Source of the DNA: Actinomycetota bacterium
GTDB lineage: Bacteria; Actinomycetota; Actinomycetes; Actinomycetales; Microbacteriaceae
Assembly: GCA_051751065.1 (NCBI GenBank)
Contig: JBNJKL010000004.1
Coordinates: forward strand, 209,596 to 273,595
DNA: 64,000 nucleotides
Reading direction: 5' to 3'
Position 1 is the first letter of the stretch; every line of letters starts with the position of its first letter. Below are positions 48,111-58,788 of the stretch, piece after piece. The notes beneath the pieces were generated by a model. The model had not been told where the DNA came from, ran no database searches, and worked only from the letters and a program-made list of their open reading frames with translations. The position numbers and the translations under genes are program-made.

Positions 48111-48709
48111 CGCGTCCCCTCCCTCGGGCCGAGGGTCGTCCCTGCCTTGGCCGCACGCTCGTCCGAGCGGAGTGTGCGGTACTGCGCGGGGCTTCCGAGA
48201 GCGCGGATGATGCGTCGCTCCCACTCCAGCACCTCGCGACGCTTGGCCTCGACGTCGTCCACAGTGCGTGCGCCGATGATGTGCAGGTAGAGGATCCGGC
48301 GGTCGCGATCGGCCTCGACGACCAGCGACCCGGGGATCAGCGAGGACGTGACCGCCACGTGCGTCATCCCCAGATCATCCGCGTAGCGGAGCGGCACGGC
48401 GACGATCGCGGCGCCCGGCTGGCGTCGGAAATCGAACACCTGGGCGGTCACGGTGAGAGCACCGCGAAGCACGGCGAAGAGGAACTGGACGACGAACAGC
48501 AGCGCGTACCAGACGTTGATCCGGCCCGAGAGCTCGACCGTCGGCAGGCGGAACACGCGCGTCACGAAGACCGCGACCACGAGTCCCGTGACGAACGCGA
48601 GCAGCGTGAACTGGCCCCACAGCAGCATCCAGAGGATCACGAGCCAGGCGAGGAACGGCAACTGCATGCCGAGATCCCGAAGGAATCCCTTGCGGGTGTC
48701 GGGGGTCAT
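48107..48709 (-). CDS. mrpE: Na+/H+ antiporter subunit E
   Basis: ATG 48709 overlaps the mrpD stop. The protein looks MnhE-like (TPGSLVVE-type motif IPGSLVVEAD). Confidence 0.85.
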   Translation of the reverse strand: MTPDTRKGFLRDLGMQLPFLAWLVILWMLLWGQFTLLAFVTGLVVAVFVTRVFRLPTVELSGRINVWYALLFVVQFLFAVLRGALTVTAQVFDFRRQPGAAIVAVPLRYADDLGMTHVAVTSSLIPGSLVVEADRDRRILYLHIIGARTVDDVEAKRREVLEWERRIIRALGSPAQYRTLRSDERAAKAGTTLGPREGTR

Positions 48710-50259
48710 GGTGCCACCTCCTCTTCCAGCTGGACGAGGCTGACGGGCTCCAGGAGCGCGCCCCCGATGCGATCGCACAGCGCGTAGAGAGGACCGGCGA
48801 ACACGGTCAGCGCGATGGTCACGCTCACCATCCCGCCCGTCGCGAGCGTCATGATGCGCGGGATGCGACGACGCTCCTGCTGGTCATCGGCGGCCGGAGC
48901 ATTGCCGAGGTACGAGATGCGCCCCTCGGTCTCGGCCGAGTCCTCCTCTTCGCGCCAGAACGCGAGGTTCCACGCCCGCATGAGCGCGTAGAGCGTGAGG
49001 AGCGAGGTGACGATACCTCCACCGATCAGCACCATCATGATCGGTGTGCCGACCTCGGCTGCGGCCTCGAAGAGCGCGAACTTGCCGATGAATCCCGAGA
49101 AGGGTGGCAGGCCGCCGAGGTTGATGGCGGGGACGAAGTAGAGGACGGCCAGCACGGGCGCGACCTTCATCAGACCCTTCACCCGGAGTATCGACGTGCT
49201 GCCCGCTCGTCGTTCGATCAACCCGACGGCCAGGAACAGTGTCGTCTGCACGACGATGTGGTGGACGATGTAGTAGACGGTCGCGCCGATCGCCGCCGGG
49301 GTCGCTATCGCCAACCCGAAGATCATGTAGCCGACGTGACTCACCAGCGTGAACGACAGGATTCGTTTCAGTTCCGCCTGAGCGACGGCACCCAGTACTC
49401 CCACGATCATGGTCGCGAGCGCGATGATGAGCAGCACGGTGTCGATGCTGTTCGCCGAGAAGAGCTGGGTCTCGGTGCGGATGAGCGCGTAGACGCCCAC
49501 CTTGGTCAGCAAGCCGGCGAAGACGGCCGTGACCGGCGCCGGCGCGGTCGGGTAGGAGTCGGGCAACCAGAACGAGACCGGGAAGATCGCCGCCTTGATC
49601 CCGAAGGCGATCACGAGCATGAGGTGCAGGACGAGCTGCGTGTCCTGCGGGAGCTCGGCCATCCGCTCGGCGATCTGCACCATGTTCACCGTGCCGAGCG
49701 CGCCGTAGATCATCGCGATCGATGCGAGGAAGAGGATCGACGACACCAACGAGACGACGATGTACACGGCGCCCGTGCGGATGCGGGACTCGGTACTGCC
49801 CAGCGTGATCAGCACGTACGACGCCACGAGCAGGATCTCGAAACCGACGTAGAGGTTGAACAGGTCACCCGCGATGAACGCGTTGAAGATTCCCGCGGCG
49901 AGGATCAGATACGACGGGTTGAAGATCGAGACGGGGGTCTCATCCGTCCCGTCGGCGGCACCCTGGCCGACCGAGAACAGGAAGACCGCGAGCAGCACGA
50001 TGCTCGAGATGAGGACGAGCAGCGCGGCGAGCCGGTCGACGTAGAGGATGATGCCGAACGGCACCGGCCATCCGCCGACCGAGACGGCCAGTGGCGTGCC
50101 GGCGTCCACGGCGATGAGCAGCACCGCTGCGATCACGGCGACCGTGGTGAGCGTTCCGATCGACACGACCACCTGGAGCCGCGGGTTGCGCCCGAAGACG
50201 AGCGTGATCGCGGCGCCGATCAGCGGGATCGCGACGAGGAGGGGGACGAGCGCGCTCAT
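48706..50259 (-). CDS. mrpD: Na+/H+ antiporter subunit D (NuoN/NuoM-like)
   Basis: 517 aa polytopic protein of the proton-pumping complex I antiporter-like family. Confidence 0.92.
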   Translation of the reverse strand: MSALVPLLVAIPLIGAAITLVFGRNPRLQVVVSIGTLTTVAVIAAVLLIAVDAGTPLAVSVGGWPVPFGIILYVDRLAALLVLISSIVLLAVFLFSVGQGAADGTDETPVSIFNPSYLILAAGIFNAFIAGDLFNLYVGFEILLVASYVLITLGSTESRIRTGAVYIVVSLVSSILFLASIAMIYGALGTVNMVQIAERMAELPQDTQLVLHLMLVIAFGIKAAIFPVSFWLPDSYPTAPAPVTAVFAGLLTKVGVYALIRTETQLFSANSIDTVLLIIALATMIVGVLGAVAQAELKRILSFTLVSHVGYMIFGLAIATPAAIGATVYYIVHHIVVQTTLFLAVGLIERRAGSTSILRVKGLMKVAPVLAVLYFVPAINLGGLPPFSGFIGKFALFEAAAEVGTPIMMVLIGGGIVTSLLTLYALMRAWNLAFWREEEDSAETEGRISYLGNAPAADDQQERRRIPRIMTLATGGMVSVTIALTVFAGPLYALCDRIGGALLEPVSLVQLEEEVAP

Positions 50260-50951
50260 GGGCGGTCCTCCTCGTGGTCGTCGTCGGGATCGGCGTCGTG
50301 GTCGGGATCGATGAGGTCCGGTTCGTCGGGCCGCTCATCCTCTCGGTCCTCGTGCGCGGGTTCGTCGACCGGGTCGACGCCGGTGTCGGCGCCGTCCTCG
50401 ACGGTGTCCTGATCCGCGCGGTCGACCAGGCGGGTCCGTGTCTCGGGGAGCGTGTCGGCGAGGTCCATCGGTGCGTCGTCGTGGATGGTGGGATGATCCC
50501 GCATCTGCAGAACCGTGATCGGCGCCGTCTGGACCCCCACGAAGTCGGTGGTCGCGTCGTCGCGATCGTCTCCCTCGTCGTCCATGACGTCTTCGTCGGC
50601 GTCCGTACGGGCACGCAGGGCGATGTCCGCCTCGTCGTCCTCGACCGTGTCCGCCTGGCCGAGCTGCCAGGAGCGGTAGATGAGCGCCAGCAGGAATGCC
50701 GACACCGCGAACGTGATGACGATGGCCGTGAGGGTCAACGCCTGCGGCAGCGGATCGCTGACGTCGCCCTCGACGCCGTAGAACGGCGCATTACCCGGGA
50801 CGCCCATGACGATCAGCAGGAGCAGGTTGGTCGCGTTGCCGAGCAGGAGGAATCCGATCAGCACGCGTGTGAGGCTGCGCTCGAGCATGGCGTAGACGCC
50901 CGCTCCGAAGAGCACGGCCATGATGACGATCAGGGTGATCGAGACATCCAT
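50256..50951 (-). CDS. mrpC: Na+/H+ antiporter subunit C (NuoK-like) with a highly acidic C-terminal extension of about 120 aa
   Basis: The N-terminal ~110 aa form three TM helices typical of MnhC. The remainder is D/E-rich (…DPDHDADPDDDHEEDRP). Confidence 0.85.
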   Translation of the reverse strand: MDVSITLIVIMAVLFGAGVYAMLERSLTRVLIGFLLLGNATNLLLLIVMGVPGNAPFYGVEGDVSDPLPQALTLTAIVITFAVSAFLLALIYRSWQLGQADTVEDDEADIALRARTDADEDVMDDEGDDRDDATTDFVGVQTAPITVLQMRDHPTIHDDAPMDLADTLPETRTRLVDRADQDTVEDGADTGVDPVDEPAHEDREDERPDEPDLIDPDHDADPDDDHEEDRP

Positions 50952-53881
50952 CAGTCGACCACCGCCCGAGCGTGCAACTGCTGGTTCTGGCGGTCGACCT
51001 CAGCGCCGAGGCTACGCAGGACATCGAGCACGAGTCCGATGACGACGAGGTAGACGCCGATGTCGAAGATCGTCGACGTGACGAACTCCATGTGGCCAAG
51101 GCCCGGGATCTCCCACTCCCAGAAGGTGCTGGTCAGCGGGGCGACTCCGAAGAAGAGCGGCACGACCGCCGTACCCACCGCGAGGAGCAGACCGGCACCG
51201 AGCAGGCGTCCGGCGTCCGTCGGTGCGGCGGCTCCCAGCTCCCAGCGTCCGCCGGCGATGTAGCGCATGACGAGTCCCATGCCGGCGACGAGACCGCCCG
51301 CGAATCCTCCGCCGGGCAGGTTGTGACCGGCGAAGAGCAGGAAGATCGACACCACCATGATGGTGTGGAAGAGGATGCGGACGATGACCTCGAGCAGGAT
51401 CGAGCGCGACTCCGGGTTCATCCGCTGCCCGCCGACGAGCCACGCCCGCGGGCTGTCGCTGTTGTCGGAGGTCTGGATGCGGATGCCGCCCGTCGTCTCC
51501 ACGAGTGGCTGCAGTCGGGCCGCGCGGCGCTTCGACTTCGGCAGGACTCTGGTCGCGGAGAGCAGATCGGCACGGTGCGTGACGAAGACGAGGGACGCGA
51601 CGCCGGTCGCGGCGAGCACCAGCACCGAGAGCTCTCCCATCGTGTCCCAGCCGCGCAGGTCGACGAGAGCGACATTGACGACGTTCATGCCGTGACCGAT
51701 GTCGTATGCGAGCTCGGGGAACGTCGTGGAGATCGGCTCCGCGATCCGGGACTGCGTCGCCACGATCGCGATGAGAGCCATCGTCAGACCGGTGCCGACC
51801 GCGAGCAGCGCCCGAGGGATGCGTCCGACCGACGCGTTGTGCTCCCCCATCCGGGCGGGGAGACGCCGCAGGACGAGGGCGAACGTCACGAGCGTGACCG
51901 TTTCGATGAGGATCTGCGTGAGGGCGAGGTCGGGTGCGCCGCTCGTGGCGAAGAGCACTCCCATACCGAGGCCCGTGACCGAGACGAGGACGACTCCGGT
52001 GTACCGCTTGCGCGCCCGGACCGCCATGACGCCGGCCGCCGCCATGATCGGCGCCACCGCGATCTGGGCGGGTGTGTGCCAGGCAGACAGGGCGAGCCTG
52101 TCGAGGTCGGTGGCCAGCAGCGCCGTGATCTCGGCGGCGACGAAGACGATGAAGATCGTGCCGACGTAGACGGGCAACGAACCGCGCTGCGTGAGGCCGG
52201 TCGTGAGGACGGACAGCCGGTCGACGCCGCGGACGATGAGGTAGTAGACGTCCGACGCGGTGAACGAGATCATCCGCGGGCGTCGATCCCACCCCGTGCG
52301 ACGGGTGAGGATGAACAGGCCGAACCCCAGCAGGATCGACAGGATCGAGATGCCCAGAGCGGGCTCGAATCCGTGCCAGAGCGCGAGATATCCCGGTCCC
52401 TCGGACTCGCGGCCGGCCTCGGCCGTGACGGCGTAGCCCTGCAGGACGACATCGAGAGCCGGTGCCCCGATGCCGGCGGCGAGCGTCGCACCGGCGAGGA
52501 TGATCGGCGCGGAGAGGAAACCCACCGGCGGGTCGGGCCACGGGGTGTCGGCGAGCTTCTCGCCCTTCTCGTCGCGCTTGGTGAAGAAGGCTCCCCAGAG
52601 GAAGCGTGCGCCATATGCCGCGGTGAGAATGGATCCGAGGATGACCCCGATCAGTGCGACGAGGCCCCAGGCTGAGCCCGCCAGCGCATCGTCGAGGAGC
52701 GCGGTGAGAGCCCCCTCCTTCGCCACGAAACCGATCGTCGGCGCGATACCCGCCATCGACGCGATCGAGATGAACGCGACGGTCGTCATGACGGGCGCCT
52801 GCCGACCGACGCCGGACAGCTCGGTGATGTCACGCGTGGAGAGCTGACGGTCGATGATGCCGACGATGAGGAACAGGGCGGACTTGAACAGCGCGTGGCC
52901 GATCACGAGCGCGATGCCGGCAAGCGCCGTCGCCTGCGTTCCGTAGCCGACCACCACGGCGAAGAAGCCGAGCTGGCTCACGGTGCCGAAGGCGAGAACG
53001 CGTTTGAGGTCAGTCTCCCGCAGCGCCTGGATCCCCCCGAGAAGCATCGTCAGGACGCCGAGAGAGATGACGATCGGACGCCACGGACCGCTGAACGCGA
53101 AGATCGGCGCGAACCGCGCGATCAGGTAGATGCCGGCCTTCACCATCGCCGCCGCGTGCAGGTACGCGCTCACGGGAGTCGGGGCGGCCATCGCTCCCGG
53201 CAGCCAGAAGTGGAACGGGAAGATGGCCGACTTACTCAGCGCACCCACCAGGAGCAGCACGATCGACGCATCCACGATCGGGCCAGTCGGCATCATCTCG
53301 ATGATCTCGATGATGCTGCTCGTCCCCGTGTAGACCACGAGCAGGACGACTCCGACGAACATGACGAGCCCGCCGAGCGTCGTCACCAGCAGGGCCTGGA
53401 GTGCCGCTCGCCTGCTGGTCGCGCGGCGGCGATAGTGGCCGATGAGCAGGTACGACAGGATGCTGGTGACCTCCCAGAACATCACGAGCATCACGAGGTT
53501 GTCGGTGAGGACGAGGCCGTACATCGCGCCGGCGAAGCCGAGCAGGACTCCGGCGAACTGGCCGAGTGCCGTGGCGTCGTCGTGGAAGTACCAGCGGCAG
53601 TAGAGGAGGACGAGCGAGCCGACACCGGTGACGATCAGCGTCAGCACCCACCCGAGCACGTCCATGTGCATCGAGAGGCTCAGACCCAGCTGCGGAATCC
53701 ACGCGACGGACTCGTAGGGAGCCGGATCGCCGCTGATCACCTGCGGCGTATACACGAGCGCATGGACGAATGCGGCGGCGGGAACCAGTGCCGCGAGGGC
53801 GAACGCCTGGGCTCCGAGCCAGCGCACGAGGGCCGGCATGAGGAGGGAGACTGCGAGGAACACGGCGAGGAGCGTCAGCAC
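50951..53881 (-). CDS. mrpA: Na+/H+ antiporter subunit A (fused MrpA-MrpB, NuoL-like)
   Basis: About 976 aa polytopic protein. I infer the start at GTG 53881 (VLTLLAVFLAV...) after GAGGAG; the track ORF extends to 53989. Confidence 0.88.
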   Translation of the reverse strand: MLTLLAVFLAVSLLMPALVRWLGAQAFALAALVPAAAFVHALVYTPQVISGDPAPYESVAWIPQLGLSLSMHMDVLGWVLTLIVTGVGSLVLLYCRWYFHDDATALGQFAGVLLGFAGAMYGLVLTDNLVMLVMFWEVTSILSYLLIGHYRRRATSRRAALQALLVTTLGGLVMFVGVVLLVVYTGTSSIIEIIEMMPTGPIVDASIVLLLVGALSKSAIFPFHFWLPGAMAAPTPVSAYLHAAAMVKAGIYLIARFAPIFAFSGPWRPIVISLGVLTMLLGGIQALRETDLKRVLAFGTVSQLGFFAVVVGYGTQATALAGIALVIGHALFKSALFLIVGIIDRQLSTRDITELSGVGRQAPVMTTVAFISIASMAGIAPTIGFVAKEGALTALLDDALAGSAWGLVALIGVILGSILTAAYGARFLWGAFFTKRDEKGEKLADTPWPDPPVGFLSAPIILAGATLAAGIGAPALDVVLQGYAVTAEAGRESEGPGYLALWHGFEPALGISILSILLGFGLFILTRRTGWDRRPRMISFTASDVYYLIVRGVDRLSVLTTGLTQRGSLPVYVGTIFIVFVAAEITALLATDLDRLALSAWHTPAQIAVAPIMAAAGVMAVRARKRYTGVVLVSVTGLGMGVLFATSGAPDLALTQILIETVTLVTFALVLRRLPARMGEHNASVGRIPRALLAVGTGLTMALIAIVATQSRIAEPISTTFPELAYDIGHGMNVVNVALVDLRGWDTMGELSVLVLAATGVASLVFVTHRADLLSATRVLPKSKRRAARLQPLVETTGGIRIQTSDNSDSPRAWLVGGQRMNPESRSILLEVIVRILFHTIMVVSIFLLFAGHNLPGGGFAGGLVAGMGLVMRYIAGGRWELGAAAPTDAGRLLGAGLLLAVGTAVVPLFFGVAPLTSTFWEWEIPGLGHMEFVTSTIFDIGVYLVVIGLVLDVLRSLGAEVDRQNQQLHARAVVD

Positions 53882-54042
53882 AAGCGGCTCCTCGGGCTCG
53901 TCGGCCTTGCGGCACAGGCGGGCGGTGTGAGACCAGTTTACCGGCCGGGAGAGCCCCGGGTGCACACGGGTGCCATGAGTGGTCTTCACCGCGGGTCATC
54001 CCGAGCGCCGGCGAGGCCCGTGGCGCGTGCGAGAGTGGATGC

Positions 54043-55566
54043 ATGAGACGCGCATGGATCCGGGAACTCGCGGGATGGATCGGTGCGGTCGCCATCGCGA
54101 TCGTGGTCGTGGCGCAGGTCGCAGCATCCGCGCGCTCCGAACTCCTCTTCCGTGACGGTGATTCGCTCATCGTCCCCCTGCTGGCCCGCTCGATACTCGA
54201 GGGAGATCAGCTCGACTGGGCGCTCTCCAGCGTGATCTTCATCCCAGAGACCGCGGTGTTTGTCCTGGTGCGGCTGGTGCTCCCCTGGGGCGTGGAGGCA
54301 CTGCTGATCATCAACGCGGTCGTCAACCTGATCGCGCTGTACGGAGGGTTCCGCCTCGTCGCCGGCCGACGGCGCGAGGGAACGGCACCCGTCGCGTGGT
54401 CCCTCATCGCGCTGGCGGTGTTCGGCGTTCTCGCGATGACGGACGCGTCATCATCACGGAACGCGCTCGAACTGAGCTCGCTCCTGCTCACGACCTCGTA
54501 CTACTCCGCCACGGTGATCGCCGTGGTCGTGACCGTCGGCCTGGCTCGACGCATCACCGACCGCCCCGAGTCGAGTCGCGCCGTCGGTCTCGTCGTCGCG
54601 ATCGCTCTGGTCGCGGTGATCTCCACACTGTCCAACCCTCTCTACGCAGCCTGGGCGACCGTGCCTCTCGCCGCGGTTCTCGGCATCGCAGCGCTGCGAA
54701 TCCCCTTGAGGCGGCGGATGCTCACGCTCCTCGGGGTCCTGGCGGGCGGCGCGATCGTCGGCCTGATCGCCCGTATTCCGTTCGGGGAATGGATCGCGAA
54801 CTCCGGGGCCGACTATGTGCGGCCCGGTCTCTGGCCGGAGTCCGCGAGCTACTACCTCGAGCTCCTCGGAGCTCGACTGTCCACGCCGCTCGGGGTCATC
54901 GGATCGCTGCTGACCCTCGCGCTCCTGGTCTTCGCCGTGCGCCAGACGGCACGCGCCACGACTCGCGGCGAACGACTCGTCGCGGCAGCGGCGTGGATGC
55001 TGCCGCTCGTCGTGATCGTCGGCGCCGTCGCCCTGGGGACGAACGCTGCGCGCTATCTGCAACCACTCGCCTTCGCTCCCCTGCTCGCGCTCGTCGCCGC
55101 GCCTCGAGCGTGGCGGATTCCACGAGCGAGCGAGCGCCGGGATCGACGCGCACTCGCCGTACCGGCCGCCGCGGCCGTGCTCCTGCTCGTCGGCGCCGGC
55201 CTCAGCATTCCTCGCGCGGTCAGCACTGCGACGGCGCACGATGCCGACCTCGCGTGCGTGACCGACTGGGTCGACGAGTCCGGCCGTACCGGCGCGGGTC
55301 AGTTCTGGACCGTGCGGCTGCCGAAGCTCCACCTCCAGGATCCGAGCCAGCTCGTCCAGGTCGACTACGAGATGCGCGGATACGCCTGGCTGGTGAACCG
55401 CACCGACTTCTCGGTGGGAGCGGTGTCCTTCCTCGTCGAGGATGAGGAGACCGCGAACTGGGCCTTCGGACAGAGCGCGGTGCCCACGAACATCGTCGAC
55501 TGCGGCCGGTACTCGATCTACGACTTCGAGCCTGGACTGCTCACGATCGGTCCCTCGCACTCCTGA
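54043..55566 (+). CDS. Polytopic integral membrane protein, possible GT-C-type glycosyltransferase
   Basis: 507 aa with about 11 TM helices and a soluble C-terminal domain. The functional call is weak. Confidence 0.5.
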   Translation: MRRAWIRELAGWIGAVAIAIVVVAQVAASARSELLFRDGDSLIVPLLARSILEGDQLDWALSSVIFIPETAVFVLVRLVLPWGVEALLIINAVVNLIALYGGFRLVAGRRREGTAPVAWSLIALAVFGVLAMTDASSSRNALELSSLLLTTSYYSATVIAVVVTVGLARRITDRPESSRAVGLVVAIALVAVISTLSNPLYAAWATVPLAAVLGIAALRIPLRRRMLTLLGVLAGGAIVGLIARIPFGEWIANSGADYVRPGLWPESASYYLELLGARLSTPLGVIGSLLTLALLVFAVRQTARATTRGERLVAAAAWMLPLVVIVGAVALGTNAARYLQPLAFAPLLALVAAPRAWRIPRASERRDRRALAVPAAAAVLLLVGAGLSIPRAVSTATAHDADLACVTDWVDESGRTGAGQFWTVRLPKLHLQDPSQLVQVDYEMRGYAWLVNRTDFSVGAVSFLVEDEETANWAFGQSAVPTNIVDCGRYSIYDFEPGLLTIGPSHS

Positions 55567-55581
55567 GTCGGTCGAGCCCGA

Positions 55582-56640
55582 TCACGCGCGCGGCGGGGCG
55601 GTCGTCGTCCCCTCGCGGAATCGACACGTGAAGTGGAGCGAGCCCGCCGGCTCACCGCGAAGCATCCGAGCGACCTGCTCCCCGGCCGCCCGTCCCTTCT
55701 CGATCGCCGGCTGGACGGTGGTGGTGAGCACGTGCGGGCCCAGCCCGTCGACCACGACGCCGTCGAATCCGGTCACGGACAGGTCTTCCGGAACTCGCAG
55801 ACCGAGCTCCTCGGCCGCGCGGATCACGCCGGCGGCGAGCAGGTCGCTCTGCGCGAGGACCGCGGTCGGACGCGTGTCCGCATCCGCCAGCAGCGCACGG
55901 CCTGCGATGAGACCCTCGTCGATCGAGCTGCCCGCCGCCGAGTATGCGGGCGCGTCGGGGAACACCTGGCGCACTCCGCCCAGGCGGTCGATCGTCACGT
56001 CGACCGTCGCCTCCGCCAGCCGGTCGTCGGTGATCAGTCCGCGCTGTCGCCGGCCGTCGAGCGTGAGGGTGAGCAGGGCGACGTCGCGATGCCCGAGGCC
56101 GTGGACATGCTGCGCCACCTCGCCCGCCGCCTCGCCACCGTTGAGCGTGATCTGCGGAACGCCCTCGCCCGCGTCCCCCTCGATCACGACGACCGGGAGC
56201 CCGCGCCCGCGCACGATGTCGAGCGAGTCGCGGGCGCGGCCGGAGCATCCGATGAGGACGACCGCGTCCACCGGCGCGTTGACGAGAGTGGGGGCGTCGT
56301 CCTCGCCCGGTTCGTCGCGGAGCAACAGCAGGCCGGCGCCGAGAGACGCGATCCCATCGGTCAGTCCGTCCATCATCGCGATCGTCACGGGATCGAGGAA
56401 CGCGCGCCGCAACTGTCCTTCGAGCACGACCGCGACGATTCCACTGCGCCCACGACGCAGCGATGCCGCGCGCGGGTCCGGGCCGGTGTATCCGAGAGCT
56501 GAGGCAGCTACCAGTACGCGCTCCCGTGTCGCGTCGGCGACCTTGGCGTTTCCGCTGAACACGACGGATGCGGTGGAGGGGGCAACCCCCGCCTCCCTCG
56601 CGACATCGGCGATTGTCGCGCGGCGCACTACGGAGTCCAT
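55582..56640 (-). CDS. LacI family transcriptional regulator
   Basis: ATG 56640 (MDSVVRRATIADVAREAGVAPSTASVVFSG...). The rest of the 802-aa track ORF is an antisense shadow of the MFS gene. Confidence 0.88.
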   Translation of the reverse strand: MDSVVRRATIADVAREAGVAPSTASVVFSGNAKVADATRERVLVAASALGYTGPDPRAASLRRGRSGIVAVVLEGQLRRAFLDPVTIAMMDGLTDGIASLGAGLLLLRDEPGEDDAPTLVNAPVDAVVLIGCSGRARDSLDIVRGRGLPVVVIEGDAGEGVPQITLNGGEAAGEVAQHVHGLGHRDVALLTLTLDGRRQRGLITDDRLAEATVDVTIDRLGGVRQVFPDAPAYSAAGSSIDEGLIAGRALLADADTRPTAVLAQSDLLAAGVIRAAEELGLRVPEDLSVTGFDGVVVDGLGPHVLTTTVQPAIEKGRAAGEQVARMLRGEPAGSLHFTCRFREGTTTAPPRA

Positions 56641-56671
56641 GCGTCCAGGATACGCCCCGGATTTCCGAGAG

Positions 56672-56685
56672 TCGAATCGATTCGA
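56672..56685. promoter_or_regulatory. Candidate LacI operator, perfect 14-bp palindrome TCGAATCGATTCGA
   Basis: It lies in the 57-nt divergent intergenic region between the LacI gene and the MFS gene. Confidence 0.55.
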
Positions 56686-56697
56686 TACGCTGTCGCC

Positions 56698-57954
56698 ATG
56701 GACAGCACCCTCACCCGTTCGCAGTATGTGCGCTGGCGCACCGCGATCTTCGCCATCTTCCTCACCAGCGGACTGTCGATCGCGACGTGGGCGTCGCGCG
56801 TGCCGAGCATCAAGGCCGATCTCGACATCTCCAACGCGCAGGTGGGACTGATCCTCCTCGCGATGGGAATCGCGTCCATCCTGGGTATTTCCACCAGTCC
56901 AGCCGTCATGGCCCGCGTGGGGGTTCGGCGCGGGATGCTCACGATGATGACGACGTTCGCCATCGGTCTCTCGCTGATCGGCATCGGCTCGACCATCGCA
57001 TCCTCGGTGCCTCTCGTCATCATCGGCCTGGTGCTGTTCGGATTCGGCAACGGCTGCGTCGACGTCATGATGAACGTCGAAGGCACCGCGATCGAACAGC
57101 ACGCGAGCCGCACGATCCTTCCGCTCTTCCACGCCTTCTTCAGCTTCGGGACCGTCCTCGGGGCGGGGCTCGGCTGGCTCGCGGCCGGGTGGAGGGTCCC
57201 GGTCGTCGCGCACGCCGGGTTCGTCTCCGTCCTGATCCTCGCGATCGCGTTCGTCAGCATCGCGAACGTCCCTCAACGCGACGGCGTGTTCGACGAGCCC
57301 AGCGACGGCGAGCGCACTCCGTGGCGCGCGAAGATGCACGTCGCACTGTCCGCATGGCGCGAACCTCGCACGTATGCACTGGGCGTCATCATGCTCGGCA
57401 TGTCCTTCGCCGAGGGTGGCGCGAACGACTGGCTCGCGCTCGGCGTCGCGGAGGACCACGGCGGCGGGCCCGCCCTCGGTGCGGCCGCGCTGACGGTCTT
57501 CTCGGTGTGCATGACGGCGGTGCGCATCATCGGCGGACCGCTCGTGGACCGGTTCGGGCGCGTGATCGTCCTGCGCATCCTGTCCGTGACCGCCGCGAGC
57601 GGCATCCTGCTGTTCATCCTCGCCGAGCCGCTTCCCCTGGTCTTCGTCGGCGCGGCCCTCTGGGGCATGGGCGCATCGCTCGGCTTCCCTCTGGGGATGT
57701 CGGCCGCCGCGGACGACCCGGCGAAGGCGGCGGCACGTGTGAGCGCCGCCTCGACGATCGGCTACATCTCGTTCCTCGCCGGTCCCCCGCTGCTCGGCCT
57801 CATCAGCGAGCACATCGGACTGCTCAACACGCTGTACATCCTCGTGGCGCTCGTGATCGCCTCCGGCATCGCCTCCGGGGCCGCGCGCCCCCTGCCCGGC
57901 GCACGGAAGTCCGACAGCACTGCGACGAAGACCGACAGCACCGTGACGAAGTAG
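56698..57954 (+). CDS. MFS transporter
   Basis: 418 aa, 12 TM helices. Confidence 0.88.
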   Translation: MDSTLTRSQYVRWRTAIFAIFLTSGLSIATWASRVPSIKADLDISNAQVGLILLAMGIASILGISTSPAVMARVGVRRGMLTMMTTFAIGLSLIGIGSTIASSVPLVIIGLVLFGFGNGCVDVMMNVEGTAIEQHASRTILPLFHAFFSFGTVLGAGLGWLAAGWRVPVVAHAGFVSVLILAIAFVSIANVPQRDGVFDEPSDGERTPWRAKMHVALSAWREPRTYALGVIMLGMSFAEGGANDWLALGVAEDHGGGPALGAAALTVFSVCMTAVRIIGGPLVDRFGRVIVLRILSVTAASGILLFILAEPLPLVFVGAALWGMGASLGFPLGMSAAADDPAKAAARVSAASTIGYISFLAGPPLLGLISEHIGLLNTLYILVALVIASGIASGAARPLPGARKSDSTATKTDSTVTK

Positions 57955-58030
57955 CGGCGGCGGGCGGGAGCGATCGCCCACCGAGCGCACCTCGGTGTCC
58001 AGCGCGGTCGCGAGCGGTTAGGCTCGTCGA

Positions 58031-58726
58031 GTGCGTCTCGTCATCGCCCGCTGCTCCGTCGATTATTCAGGTCGACTCAACGCCCATCTGCCGCTCGCCA
58101 CTCGCCTGCTCGTGCACAAGGGCGACGGGAGTCTGCTCGTGCACTCGGACGGCGGAAGCTACAAGCCCCTGAACTGGATGAGCCCGCCCTGTCGCCTCGA
58201 GACCGAGGTCCCCGGCGAGGAGGAGGCGAGCGCGGGAGTCACCGAGGTGTGGCGCGTGACGCACCAGAAGACCGGCGATGCGCTGCGTGTGCAGATCTAC
58301 GAGATCCTCCACGACTCCGCCCACGAGCTCGGCGTCGACCCCGGCCTGCAGAAGGACGGCGTCGAAGCAGACCTGCAGCGCCTGCTCGCCGAGCAGGTCG
58401 ACCTCATCTCCGAGGGGGCGACCCTCGTCCGCCGCGAGTATCCGACGGCGATCGGGCCCGTCGACCTGCTCGTCCGCGATGCATCCGGGGCCGCGATCGC
58501 CGTCGAGGTGAAGCGCCGCGGAGACATCGACGGCGTCGAGCAGCTCACGCGCTACCTCGAGCTCATGGGGCGTGACCCGCACCTCGCTCCCGTGCAGGGC
58601 GTGTTCGCGGCGCAGGAGATCAAACCGCAGGCACGGGTCCTCGCCGCAGACCGCGGAATCCGGTGCCTCGTGCTGGACTACGACGACATGAAGGGCATCG
58701 AGTCGGGAGTTCCCCGCCTCTTCTGA
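58031..58726 (+). CDS. nucS: Endonuclease NucS (EndoMS, non-canonical mismatch repair)
   Basis: [16 protein letters not shown]... N-terminus, the RecB-like catalytic region (VDLLVRD...IAVEVKRR) and a C-terminal clamp-binding-like tail. Confidence 0.93.
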   Translation: MRLVIARCSVDYSGRLNAHLPLATRLLVHKGDGSLLVHSDGGSYKPLNWMSPPCRLETEVPGEEEASAGVTEVWRVTHQKTGDALRVQIYEILHDSAHELGVDPGLQKDGVEADLQRLLAEQVDLISEGATLVRREYPTAIGPVDLLVRDASGAAIAVEVKRRGDIDGVEQLTRYLELMGRDPHLAPVQGVFAAQEIKPQARVLAADRGIRCLVLDYDDMKGIESGVPRLF

Positions 58727-58788
58727 CTCTCGCGCCTCGTTCCGTCGGGAGGGAATCCGCGTCCCCCTCGCGACTCTAGGCTGGAAGC

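Noticed and set aside
55582-57990. 802-aa minus-strand ORF.
   Set aside because: Only the C-terminal 352 aa, from ATG 56640, form a coherent LacI-family protein. The upstream 450 aa are Arg/Asp/Gly-rich antisense shadow of the plus-strand MFS gene (56698-57954).
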